A DNA stretch of 64,000 nt from the NCBI GenBank assembly GCA_003279705.1, contig QCGZ01000004.1, forward strand, positions 1,529-65,528, in the 5' to 3' direction. Source of the DNA: OCS116 cluster bacterium AG-390-I16 (GTDB lineage Bacteria > Pseudomonadota > Alphaproteobacteria > MED-G09). The position numbers and the translations under genes are program-made. Shown piece by piece: positions 30,886-40,594 of the stretch (within the stretch, counting starts at the first letter, position 1; the number at the start of each line of letters is the position of its first letter). The notes below the pieces were generated by a model. That model saw only the letters and a list, made by a program, of their open reading frames with translations. It had not been told where the DNA came from and made no database searches.

Positions 30886-31636
30886 TATCCTTAATCAATT
30901 CATAACTATCTTTATACCATGAACTTTCCGGAAAATTATGACCTAAAACTGAAGCAGTATTATAAGCTTCATCGAGTAAGCCCATTGATAAATATGCCTC
31001 AACTGTTCTATGAAGCGCCTCCGGAACATGACTTGTGGTTTGATAATCAACGGTAACAGTTCTAAATCTGTTAATTGCTGCTAAAAAAGCCTTTTTCTGA
31101 AGGTAATATCTTCCGATGTACATTTCTTTACCAGCTAAATGATCCAGCGTAAGATCAATTTTTAATTGTGAGTCTTTTGCATAATCTGTATCAGGATACC
31201 TTCTTACAACCTCTACAAAAGATTCTAATGCTAATTCAGTTATTCTTTGATCCCTTGCTACATCTTGAATTCTCTCGTAATAGGATTGTCCAATTAAGTA
31301 ATAAGCATAAACCGCATGCTTGTTACCTGGGTGAAGAGAAATAAACCTTTGAGCAGTTGATATTGCTTGATCATACTGGTTTTGAAGATAGTAAGCATAT
31401 GCAGACATTAACATTGATCTTCTAGCCCATGATGAGTAAGGATGTTGTCTTTCAACCTCATCAAACTCAAATGCAGCCTGTTGGAGTCTTCCTCTATCAA
31501 GATTATAAACAGCATTATTATAAATCGCTGCCAATGATCTTTCTCTGTACTCAGGTCTCTCATTAGTACTAGAACATCCTGATATCAGAATTAATAGCAA
31601 AGGTATAAAAAATTTATATAAATTTAGTTTTCTCAA
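30875..31636 (-). CDS. bamD: Outer membrane protein assembly factor BamD
   Basis: Lipobox ISGC, TPR repeats, VERQHPYS, LAGKEMYIGRYY; located after lpxC. Confidence 0.93.
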   Translation of the reverse strand: MRKLNLYKFFIPLLLILISGCSSTNERPEYRERSLAAIYNNAVYNLDRGRLQQAAFEFDEVERQHPYSSWARRSMLMSAYAYYLQNQYDQAISTAQRFISLHPGNKHAVYAYYLIGQSYYERIQDVARDQRITELALESFVEVVRRYPDTDYAKDSQLKIDLTLDHLAGKEMYIGRYYLQKKAFLAAINRFRTVTVDYQTTSHVPEALHRTVEAYLSMGLLDEAYNTASVLGHNFPESSWYKDSYELIKDNVE

Positions 31637-31705
31637 TTGATTTCAACGTAAGAATTAAATTAAATTAATATTATAAACATCTATAATTAAAATGTCTTTA
31701 TAAAA

Positions 31706-32668
31706 TTAACTGGCTAGGTAATTTGACTCGATGCCTCTATTAAACTCTTGATAAGGTGTATCTGAGTATTCAACTATTTCATAGTTCTCATTAGATTTAA
31801 ATAATTCATGCAATAGAAGATTGTTAATATAATGACCACATCTTAGCCCTTGATAACTTCCTTGAATTCGATAACCTGAAGTATAAATATCCCCTACTGC
31901 ATCTAATAATTTATGCCTTGAAAACTCATTTTCATGCCTTAAGCCTTCAGGATTAATTATTTCATTTTTATCAACAATTATACAATTATCAATACTTCCA
32001 CCTAAGCCAAGACCTTGCGAGCGCATATATTCAACATCTTTAATAAAACCAAAAGTTCGTGCATTTGAGGCAAAGTTTTTAAAATTATAATTAGTAAGTG
32101 ATGTAGATGCACTTTGCTTACCAACGGCCTCATTCTCAAAATCAATTTCAACAGAAAATTTTTGGTCACTACTTGGAGTAAATGAACAATATTTATTATC
32201 AACAGTAACTTCGATCTTTCTTAAAATTTTCAAAATTTTTCTTTTCATTTTAAGCGATTGTATTCCACAGTCTTCAATTATCTCAATAAAAGGTAATGAA
32301 CTTCCATCCATAATTGGAACCTCAGGTCCATTTAACTCAATAATTATATTATCAATACCTGCTCCATTAAAAGCAGCCATTAAGTGTTCAATGGTTGATA
32401 TTTTAATACCATATTTATTCTCTATTGTTGTGCATAAGCTTGTATCAGAAACATTTGAATATAGAGCTTGTATTGAACGTTCTTTAATTTTTTTATCTAT
32501 ATCTGTCCTTATAAAAACAATACCAGTATTTTCTCTACCAGGCTTCAAAGTTACTTTAATAAGGTTTCCAGAGTGTAGACCTATACCATTAAAGCTCTTG
32601 GATTTTAAAATAGTTGTCTGCCAAGGATGGTTTCCAGATGTTATTGATGGTGAAACAAGGTTGTTCAT
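31706..32668 (-). CDS. lpxC: UDP-3-O-acyl-GlcNAc deacetylase
   Basis: GIGLHSG, TIEHLMAA, EVPIMDGS, ARTFGF, RHKLLDAVGD. Confidence 0.96.
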   Translation of the reverse strand: MNNLVSPSITSGNHPWQTTILKSKSFNGIGLHSGNLIKVTLKPGRENTGIVFIRTDIDKKIKERSIQALYSNVSDTSLCTTIENKYGIKISTIEHLMAAFNGAGIDNIIIELNGPEVPIMDGSSLPFIEIIEDCGIQSLKMKRKILKILRKIEVTVDNKYCSFTPSSDQKFSVEIDFENEAVGKQSASTSLTNYNFKNFASNARTFGFIKDVEYMRSQGLGLGGSIDNCIIVDKNEIINPEGLRHENEFSRHKLLDAVGDIYTSGYRIQGSYQGLRCGHYINNLLLHELFKSNENYEIVEYSDTPYQEFNRGIESNYLAS

Positions 32669-32818
32669 AAAAATATCTTTAATTTACTTATTTTCTAACT
32701 TAAAATTTATCTATAAATTCATAACAATAGTTATGTTTACAGTTAAACAAATAACAATTAAAATCATAGATAGCTAATAAATGATTGTGACTTAATGTAA
32801 CTTAGATTAATTAAGAAT

Positions 32819-34177
32819 TTATTGACCTTTAATTTTTCCAAAAAATCTTTGCAATGCAGGAATCTCTAATTGAGAATTTGAATCATCTTCTTTCTCAGAG
32901 GAGTCAAATCTATCACTATTAAATAAAGGAACTCCATCATCTTTTTCCCAATCCTCAGGTTCAGGTAAATTTGAAATATTCTCATCAGATAGTGAGTCTG
33001 AAAAGTCATCATCAAAATCATTATAATCATCAAAGTCCATATTATGCGGTTCCTCAGGTGTAGTTTTTTTAACCTCTAGCTCAACATTTTCTGTTTCATT
33101 ATCATTGATTACATCAACAAAATTACTCTCGGTTGAATTATTTTCCTTATTAATTTCAACAATCTTCTCTTCAACTGATTGATCCATACCAGTTGCAATA
33201 ACTGCTGTTTTAAAATTATCCCCCATTTGTTCATCCTGGAAGATACCAAAAATTACTTCGCATTCTTCTCCAACATCCTTTTGAATAACAGATAGAGCAC
33301 CTTGTATCTCAAAAGGATTAATATCTGCACCAGCTGTCAAAGAAACCAAAAGTCCCTTTGTTCCTTTCAATGATAAATCATCTAACATAGGATTTGAAAT
33401 TGCATCTTCAGCAGACAAAATAGCTCTGTCCTCTCCAGAAGAAACTCCTACACCAAATACAGCTTTACCTTTATGTTGCATAATTGTTTTAACATCTGCA
33501 AAATCAATATTAATAGAACCGTTCTTCATTATTAGAGCGCTTATTGCCGACACCCCATCATATAGTGTTTTGTTTACGAGATCTTCACATTCTTTCATTG
33601 GAGTTTTTTCATTAATAATTCTAAAGATATTTTGGTTAGGTATTACAATTACAGTGTCAAGAATTGCACATAGCTCGTCGATACCACTTTTAGCAGACAA
33701 CATTCTTTTTTTGCCTTCAAAACTCCAAGGTGTAGTAACAATTGCGACTGTAAGAATACCCATATCTTTTGCTAACTGTGCTATAACTGGTGCAGCACCT
33801 GTACCAGTACCTCCACCAAGACATGCAGTAATAAACAACATATGAGTACCCTCTAAATACCTCCTGATTTCTTCTTGAGACTCCTCTGCTGCTTTTTTAC
33901 CAACTTTTGGATCAGCACCAGCACCAAGGCCTTCTGTCGAATGAGAGCCAATAGAAATGGGTGTAACTCCTTTAAGATTTTCAAGGTCTTGGACATCGGT
34001 ATTAGCAGCGAATAATTCAACCCCATCAAGGCCTTGCTCAACCATTGTTTTAAGAGCATTACCTCCACCACCACCAACACCTATTAAGGATAACCTTGGT
34101 CGTAGCTTTTCTATTTCAGGTGTTTCCAAAGAAATACTGCTATTAGATACGAAATTTTCATCATCATAAGTAGTCAT
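32819..34177 (-). CDS. ftsZ: Cell division protein FtsZ (divergent)
   Basis: GVGGGGGNA, GLGAGADP, GGGTGTG, T7 loop NIDFADV, acidic linker, C-terminal LEIPA; follows ftsA. Confidence 0.96.
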   Translation of the reverse strand: MTTYDDENFVSNSSISLETPEIEKLRPRLSLIGVGGGGGNALKTMVEQGLDGVELFAANTDVQDLENLKGVTPISIGSHSTEGLGAGADPKVGKKAAEESQEEIRRYLEGTHMLFITACLGGGTGTGAAPVIAQLAKDMGILTVAIVTTPWSFEGKKRMLSAKSGIDELCAILDTVIVIPNQNIFRIINEKTPMKECEDLVNKTLYDGVSAISALIMKNGSINIDFADVKTIMQHKGKAVFGVGVSSGEDRAILSAEDAISNPMLDDLSLKGTKGLLVSLTAGADINPFEIQGALSVIQKDVGEECEVIFGIFQDEQMGDNFKTAVIATGMDQSVEEKIVEINKENNSTESNFVDVINDNETENVELEVKKTTPEEPHNMDFDDYNDFDDDFSDSLSDENISNLPEPEDWEKDDGVPLFNSDRFDSSEKEDDSNSQLEIPALQRFFGKIKGQ

Positions 34178-34247
34178 TTTAAGACCTCATAACATTACAA
34201 TGTAAATTTCTACTGATTCTTACATTTAAACAAGCTTAAGTTATTGA

Positions 34248-35543
34248 TTAAAAACCAGAACCCATTATTTTTTCTATTATTTTCACAGCAAAATTATTAT
34301 TTTTAGATTTATTTTTAATTTCATTTTCTTGCATTAAAATTGAATGCAAAAGCATGCCAGTACAAGATGTAAATGCCGGGCCTGATAGCTCTTCAACTAA
34401 ATTATTTATACCAGAAGGAAAACCAATTCTTACTCTAGCTTCTAATATTCTTTCTGCAAACTCTATACTACCAGGTAACTCCATAGTACCGCCTGTAATT
34501 ATAGTATTTTTATTGGAAATATCTTTGTAACCAGATTGTTCTAAACATTTTTTTGAATGCATAAGTATTTCCCAAAATCTTGGCTTAATAATTGAAATCA
34601 ATTTTGACCTAGAGAATGAAAGTCTATTTTCATCATTGCCACCTATAATTGGTATTTGAAAAATTTCTTCTCCATCATTTGCTCCCCTTAAAGCGCTTCC
34701 ATATAAGGTTTTTAATGCTTCAGCTTGATCAAATGGTGTACTTAACTCCTTTGATATATCATTTGTAATATACCAACCACCAAGGTTAAGTGATTTTGCA
34801 TAAACTATTGAACCATCGATAAAAACTGAAATTGAAGTAGTCCCTGCTCCAATATCAATACAAACCGATCCTTGATTTTTCTCCTCATCTGTGAGGGCTG
34901 ACAGAGCAGATGTGTATGGTTTTGCTGTGAAGTTAGTTACATTCAAAAAACAACTATTAATTATATTTTCTAAATTATTTATATGGTTAGGGTTTGCATA
35001 AATAAAAAGTAATTTAACACCAAGTTTTGAAGCACTCATACCAGAAGGATTAACAATATTTTTTATGTTATCAACAATATAAGTTGATGGAATAATATGA
35101 AGAATTTTTTTATTTTCTTTATTAAATTTTTGTTTTGCAATTTCTATTACTTCAGCAATGTGATTTTGATTTATAATTTGATTACCAATAGAAAGTTCAC
35201 CGAAAACTCTTTCTGTTCTAATATAATTTCCTGAAACATTTGCTGAAACATTTTCAACCTCATAATTTGCTTGATTTTCAGCCAAATCAACCGCTTTCCT
35301 AATTGACTCCTCAAGGTCATTAATATTTGTAATTCCTCCATTTTTAATTCCATTTGATTGTGAATACCCAGAGCCAATGAGTCTAATTTTTTTTCGATCT
35401 AAAATATTATCTACTTTCCCGATTAAGCACACCACCTTATCTGAGCCAATATCAATTGCTGTAATAACTTTTTCAGATTGATAGTTTGATTTATTATTAA
35501 TGAAAAAATCTTGTTGATTTTTATCCTTTTTAACCATTTCCAT
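34248..35543 (-). CDS. ftsA: Cell division protein FtsA
   Basis: IDIGSDKV, IDIGAGTT, GGWYITNDI, ITGG; position between ftsQ and ftsZ. Confidence 0.95.
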   Translation of the reverse strand: MEMVKKDKNQQDFFINNKSNYQSEKVITAIDIGSDKVVCLIGKVDNILDRKKIRLIGSGYSQSNGIKNGGITNINDLEESIRKAVDLAENQANYEVENVSANVSGNYIRTERVFGELSIGNQIINQNHIAEVIEIAKQKFNKENKKILHIIPSTYIVDNIKNIVNPSGMSASKLGVKLLFIYANPNHINNLENIINSCFLNVTNFTAKPYTSALSALTDEEKNQGSVCIDIGAGTTSISVFIDGSIVYAKSLNLGGWYITNDISKELSTPFDQAEALKTLYGSALRGANDGEEIFQIPIIGGNDENRLSFSRSKLISIIKPRFWEILMHSKKCLEQSGYKDISNKNTIITGGTMELPGSIEFAERILEARVRIGFPSGINNLVEELSGPAFTSCTGMLLHSILMQENEIKNKSKNNNFAVKIIEKIMGSGF

Positions 35544-36258
35544 TAACCCTGTCCGTGGTTATTTTACCCTCCACTCTTAAATCAATCTTTTTGTGACCTT
35601 TTTCAATTAACTTATTTTTCTTAATATAAGAGTCTAATAATGAGAGAGACTCTGTAATATTATTCTCAGGTAATAGAATCCTTACTCCATTTTTATAATG
35701 AAGATCCCATCTTCTTCTACTAACAAAATTAGCATGATCAATCTGATTTAAAATATCTGGATAGTTGTGCAGTTTATCTAAAAGATTTTTTAATTTTTTA
35801 TCAGCACCCATTCCTTTTATTTGGAAGTAATTTTGAAATTCATTTGATTTAATTTTCTCTATTCTAAAACCATATTCATCTAAAATATACTGTTCAGAAC
35901 CTCTTTTCCAGACTGCTGAAGGAGAATATTCCTCAATACTTATACTTAGAGTTTCTGGATAAACCTTTCTCACAATCACATCTTTTATCCATGATATTTT
36001 TTCTATCTCACTTTGAATATTTTTTAAATTTATGGATACCAGTGATTTATTTTCATAAGGCCTTAAAACCTCAGATAATATTTTTTTTGATGAGCGGTCT
36101 CTTCCAATAATTTCAATATTATTTATATAAAATAAATCAATAAAATTAGAGGTTAATTCTTCTTTGATTATGCCATTTTTAAAAAAATTAATAAAAATTA
36201 TGGAAATAATAATTACTAACAGAATTAATGAATATTTATATTTATTTATCGATCGCAA
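35530..36258 (-). CDS. ftsQ: Cell division protein FtsQ
   Basis: Single TM, POTRA domain (WIKDVIVRKVYPETL), RRWDL, IDLR. Confidence 0.88.
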   Translation of the reverse strand: MRSINKYKYSLILLVIIISIIFINFFKNGIIKEELTSNFIDLFYINNIEIIGRDRSSKKILSEVLRPYENKSLVSINLKNIQSEIEKISWIKDVIVRKVYPETLSISIEEYSPSAVWKRGSEQYILDEYGFRIEKIKSNEFQNYFQIKGMGADKKLKNLLDKLHNYPDILNQIDHANFVSRRRWDLHYKNGVRILLPENNITESLSLLDSYIKKNKLIEKGHKKIDLRVEGKITTDRVNGNG

Positions 36259-37176
36259 GAAGCATCCTCCAATAAATAAAGAATTAAATCACTATATGAA
36301 ATACCCTGTTTCTCTAATAACTCAGGAACAAGAGAAGTTATAGTCATTCCCGGTTGAGTATTTATTTCTAGAGCAAAAAGTGACTCTGCATTATTTTCAC
36401 CACTCCACCTAAAATCGGTTCTCGAAATTCCTCTGCAACCAAAGATATTATGACACTTAAGTGCTGTTTTTTTTACCAAATTATATATTTCTATTGGAAT
36501 ATTGGCGGGAATAATATGGTCCGATGCTCCAGGTTCATATTTTGCATAAAAGTCATAGAAAGTATTTTTTGTTTTGATCTCTACAACTTCTGTTGGCTTG
36601 TTATTAAAAACTGCGCAAGATAATTCAATTCCTTCAATATAATCTTCAATCAAAACACTTTCCCCATAGATCCAGGATTTCTTAATTTTTGGTAATTTAT
36701 TTCTATCTGATTCATTCAAAATTACATAAACTCCATTACTGGAACCTTCCTGAAGAGGTTTTATTACAAAAGGTAATGCCTTGTTTAGATTGCTAATATT
36801 ATTAATTTTTATAAGTTTATACTTTGGGGTATTAATATTATTCTTTAAAAATAGCTCTTTTGATAAGACTTTATTCATACATATTTCAGATGAAGAGATA
36901 CCTGAATGCGTATAAGGGATATTATTTTTTTCTAATAAAGATTGCACAGATCCGTCTTCACCACCCAACCCATGCAAAGCATTGAAGCAGACATCTGGTT
37001 TGATTTTAATCAAATTTTTTATGAAATCACCCTTACAATCAAAAGGTATGGTGTTAAAACCTTGAGTCGATAAAGATTTTATAATATTTTCTCCAGAGGA
37101 AATACTTATTTCTCTTTCTAAAGACTCCCCCCCCAAGAAGAATAACAATCTTAGTATTTTTATTAATTTTTACCAT
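36246..37176 (-). CDS. ddl: D-alanine--D-alanine ligase; apparent +1 frameshift in a G8 run near the N-terminus (or TTG start at 37148)
   Basis: GGESLEREISISSG, FNALHG, GEDG, EINTQPGMT. The ATG at 37176 (MVKINKNTKIVILL) joins the main frame only if one G of the G8 run is removed. Confidence 0.93.
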
Positions 37177-38092
37177 TCTTCCCTAAGATTTGAATTTCCC
37201 ACTCAAGTTTAATGCCAAATTGACTTTGTACTTTATCAATGATTATCTCTCCTAAGTTTTCAAAATCTGATGCTTTGGCCTTTCCTGTATTTATCATAAA
37301 ATTATTATGGAGGTCTGAAATCATGGCGCCACCACATCTTAAATTTGATACTCCTAACTTACTTATTAACTCCCAGGCCTTATAGTTTTTGTAATTTTTA
37401 AAAGTACTTCCTCCGGTTGGACATCCTTGGGGTTGAGAAGATATTCTTTTTTTTGAGATTTCACATATTTTTCTTTTAATTTCTTCTTTATTTTTTTTAA
37501 AACCCATTAAATTTACAGAAGTAATTATTAAGTCTTTTGGTATATTTGACTCTCTGTATTTAAAATCTATTTCTTTTGCTTTTTTTTTAATTTTTTTTCC
37601 ATTTCTATTTAAAAAATTTACATCCAAAACAATATCTTTAAACTCAGAACCATAACAACCAGCGTTCATAAAAATACCCCCACCAATTGTACCTGGTATT
37701 CCTGATAAAAACTCTAATCCCCCTATTTGAAAATCAATAGATTTTTTTGCTACTTCTTTATCTAGGGCCCCAGAACCAACATTTAAAATATTTTGTTCTT
37801 TATGAGTTAATTTTTTAAAATCTGAAGGCATTAAAATTGATAATCCTGATAAACCACCATCACGGATTAAAGTATTTGACAGTTTTCCAAATATAGTTAG
37901 CTCAATGCTGGGAATTAATTCATTTAAAAGAATTGAGAGATCAGTCTCATTTTTTGGTATATATAAATATTCTAAAACCCCTCCAGCCTTAAACCATGAT
38001 AGATTTTTAACTGATTTTTTATAAAAAAATTTACCACTTAATTCATCAACAACTGAAGGTGTTTTTAAAATGGGTTTTAAATTATTAAACAT
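37163..38092 (-). CDS. murB: UDP-N-acetylenolpyruvoylglucosamine reductase
   Basis: GLEFLSGIPGTIGG, MNAGCYG, GGSTFKN, HNNFMIN, LEWEI. Confidence 0.93.
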   Translation of the reverse strand: MFNNLKPILKTPSVVDELSGKFFYKKSVKNLSWFKAGGVLEYLYIPKNETDLSILLNELIPSIELTIFGKLSNTLIRDGGLSGLSILMPSDFKKLTHKEQNILNVGSGALDKEVAKKSIDFQIGGLEFLSGIPGTIGGGIFMNAGCYGSEFKDIVLDVNFLNRNGKKIKKKAKEIDFKYRESNIPKDLIITSVNLMGFKKNKEEIKRKICEISKKRISSQPQGCPTGGSTFKNYKNYKAWELISKLGVSNLRCGGAMISDLHNNFMINTGKAKASDFENLGEIIIDKVQSQFGIKLEWEIQILGKNGKN

Positions 38093-39482
38093 TCAAAACC
38101 TCATATCTAAATTCATTAGCGTAATCATTGCACCATGAGGAAATTGATCCAGCGCCCATAAATACAACAATATCTTTTGGTTTTATTATTTGATTTATTT
38201 TATTTTTAGCTTTTAAAAAATTATTGAAATAATATGCTTCTGTAAATTTTTTTTTGTTTATGTCATTTGTTAAATTTAGTGAACTTATGCCTTTTATCTT
38301 TCGTTCTCCTGCATCAAATATTGGTAAAATTATAGAAATATCAGCCTCTTTTAATGATTTGATAAAATTATTATAATTTTCGTTTAATCTTGAGTATCTA
38401 TGAGGTTGGATAACAGCTATTAATCTTCCATTTTTGGGCTTTAATGCACTTAAAGTATCTTTTATTTCTGTAGGATGATGAGCGTAATCATCGTAAAAAA
38501 TAATATCATCCTTATCAAATATTTTTGTAAGCCTCCTTTTAACCCCTTGGAAGGACTCCAATGATTCTTTAATGATACTTCTATTGATATTAAAATTAAT
38601 ACAAACTGAAATCGCTGCAAGTGCATTTTCAATATTATGATTACCTAAAAGTGGAAAATTTATACTTCTAATAAATGAATTTTTTTTGTTAAAATTTTTA
38701 ATTTCAACATCAAAAATAATCCCGTCTTTATTTTTTTTTATTATCTTAGCCTGAATATCCGAACTACTGTTAAATCCATATTTATAAATATTTAAAGATT
38801 TAAAATTTTTTAATATTGATTGAATATTCTTATCTTTTTCCGAAACAGCCAAAAAGCCAAATGGAGAAATATTTTTTATGTAAAAATGAAATGACTCAAT
38901 AAGCTTTCTTTTACTTCCATAGAAATCTATGTGCTCGTTATCAATAGAAGTTATTACCCCTCCAAAAGAGGGTAGAAAAGAAAAACTTCCATCAGATTCA
39001 TCAGTTTCAACTAGCATAAGATCACTTTTTCCTAATTTTGTATTTGAACCATATGAATTTAAAATTCCTCCATTAATAACAGTAGGATCTAATTTTGCTT
39101 TATCTAAAATTTCTGCAATTAAAGAAACTGTTGTTGTCTTTCCATGGCTTCCAGCGACAGTAATTGTACGTTTCATCCTCATTAATTCTTTAAGCATTTC
39201 AGGGCGACTTATCACAGGAATATTAAGTTCTATTGCCTTTCTAATTTCTGGATTATTTTTTGAAATAGCAGAAGAATAAACAATCAAAGAGGCATTTTCT
39301 ACATTACTAGGATGGTGACCAATGAATATTTTAATACCTAGCCTTCTCAACCTTAAAACATTTGAATTTTTATGTTGATCTGATCCTGTAACTTTATAAC
39401 CAAGGTTTTTCATTATCTCGGCAATACCGCTCATCCCGATACCACCGATACCAATAAAATAAATATTTTTAATTATTTTCAA
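38085..39482 (-). CDS. murC: UDP-N-acetylmuramate--L-alanine ligase
   Basis: FIGIGGIGMSG, AGSHGKTTT, ETDESDGSF, DDYAHHPTEI, QPHRYSR. Probable TTG start at 39482. Confidence 0.96.
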   Translation of the reverse strand: MKIIKNIYFIGIGGIGMSGIAEIMKNLGYKVTGSDQHKNSNVLRLRRLGIKIFIGHHPSNVENASLIVYSSAISKNNPEIRKAIELNIPVISRPEMLKELMRMKRTITVAGSHGKTTTVSLIAEILDKAKLDPTVINGGILNSYGSNTKLGKSDLMLVETDESDGSFSFLPSFGGVITSIDNEHIDFYGSKRKLIESFHFYIKNISPFGFLAVSEKDKNIQSILKNFKSLNIYKYGFNSSSDIQAKIIKKNKDGIIFDVEIKNFNKKNSFIRSINFPLLGNHNIENALAAISVCINFNINRSIIKESLESFQGVKRRLTKIFDKDDIIFYDDYAHHPTEIKDTLSALKPKNGRLIAVIQPHRYSRLNENYNNFIKSLKEADISIILPIFDAGERKIKGISSLNLTNDINKKKFTEAYYFNNFLKAKNKINQIIKPKDIVVFMGAGSISSWCNDYANEFRYEVLNV

Positions 39483-39483
39483 A

Positions 39484-40593
39484 TCAAAGTTCCCTATTTG
39501 ATAATAAATCATCAATGATTGATCTAATTTTTTCTGAAGAGTTATTTACTACTATTTCTTTATTTGCTTTTGCCATATTTTCTAATATTTCAGGTTTCTC
39601 TATTAACTCATCTATAACCTTGTATAATTGATTTGAGTCTAGTTTTTTTTCATTTTTAACAATAACTTGGCCAATTTTTTCTAATTCAATAGTATTTAAT
39701 CTTTGATCATCATCTACAGAATGTTGAAATGGAATAAATATTGCTGGAGTTTTTGTTGCAGCCACTTCAGCAACAGTTGAAGCTCCCGATCTTGAAATTA
39801 ATAGGTGAGAGTTATTTAGTAACTCAGGTAAATTATAGAAAAAAGTTTTAACCTCAGATTTCACATTCATAGAGTGATAACATTTTTTCACTCTCTCAAA
39901 TTCATTAATTCTAACTTGATGAAAAACTCTTAATAGAGATTTTTTTGTATTATCCAGCTTATTTATACTATCAGGAATAATATCCGAAAAAAATGAAGCA
40001 CCTTGACTTCCACCAAAAATAAGTAAGTTTAAAAACCCATCTTGATGATGAGTCTTATAATCTTTTTTATATTTAAAGATTTCTGGTCTTATAGGGTTAC
40101 CAGTATAAAATATTTTATCATTATATTTTTTTTTAATACCTTTTACTTTTAAATGGCCAACAGTCAGTCTATCAGAGAGATTTAACATTAGCTTATTAGC
40201 CCTTCCAATAATTTTATTTTGTTCATGAATAATTATTTTAATATTCAATAGTTTTGCTGCGAAAATAGTTGGTATTGTCGGATAACCACCAAATCCAATT
40301 ACTAGTTTAGGACTAATTCTTAAGGTATAAAAAAGAGAATATATTAAACCAATTAAAATTTTAAAAGAAATTACAGGCCATTCAATCAGCCTAGTATTTG
40401 TGAATGTTCCAGAAGGAATAATTCTTATTCTACTTAAATCAAAATCTCTCAATAGAGTTTCGACCCTTTTATCTGTAAATAAGAATACCTCATAACCATT
40501 TATCTTTAATTCTTCAGTAAGGCTTAATGCTCCGTATAAATGACCTCCTGTACCACCTGCAGTTAAGATAATTTTTTTGCTTGATTCATTCAT
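39484..40593 (-). CDS. murG: Undecaprenyl-PP-MurNAc-pentapeptide GlcNAc transferase
   Basis: GGTGGH, GFGGY, HEQN, GNPIR, GGSQGA, RSGASTVAE. Confidence 0.96.
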   Translation of the reverse strand: MNESSKKIILTAGGTGGHLYGALSLTEELKINGYEVFLFTDKRVETLLRDFDLSRIRIIPSGTFTNTRLIEWPVISFKILIGLIYSLFYTLRISPKLVIGFGGYPTIPTIFAAKLLNIKIIIHEQNKIIGRANKLMLNLSDRLTVGHLKVKGIKKKYNDKIFYTGNPIRPEIFKYKKDYKTHHQDGFLNLLIFGGSQGASFFSDIIPDSINKLDNTKKSLLRVFHQVRINEFERVKKCYHSMNVKSEVKTFFYNLPELLNNSHLLISRSGASTVAEVAATKTPAIFIPFQHSVDDDQRLNTIELEKIGQVIVKNEKKLDSNQLYKVIDELIEKPEILENMAKANKEIVVNNSSEKIRSIIDDLLSNREL

Positions 40594-40594
40594 T

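Noticed and set aside
32669-34247. CtrA-like TTAA pairs and a GANTC site near the ftsZ and lpxC promoters; CATAAC-N4-GTTATG palindrome upstream of lpxC
   Set aside because: The spacing is 6 nt rather than the required 7, and such motifs arise by chance in very AT-rich intergenic DNA.
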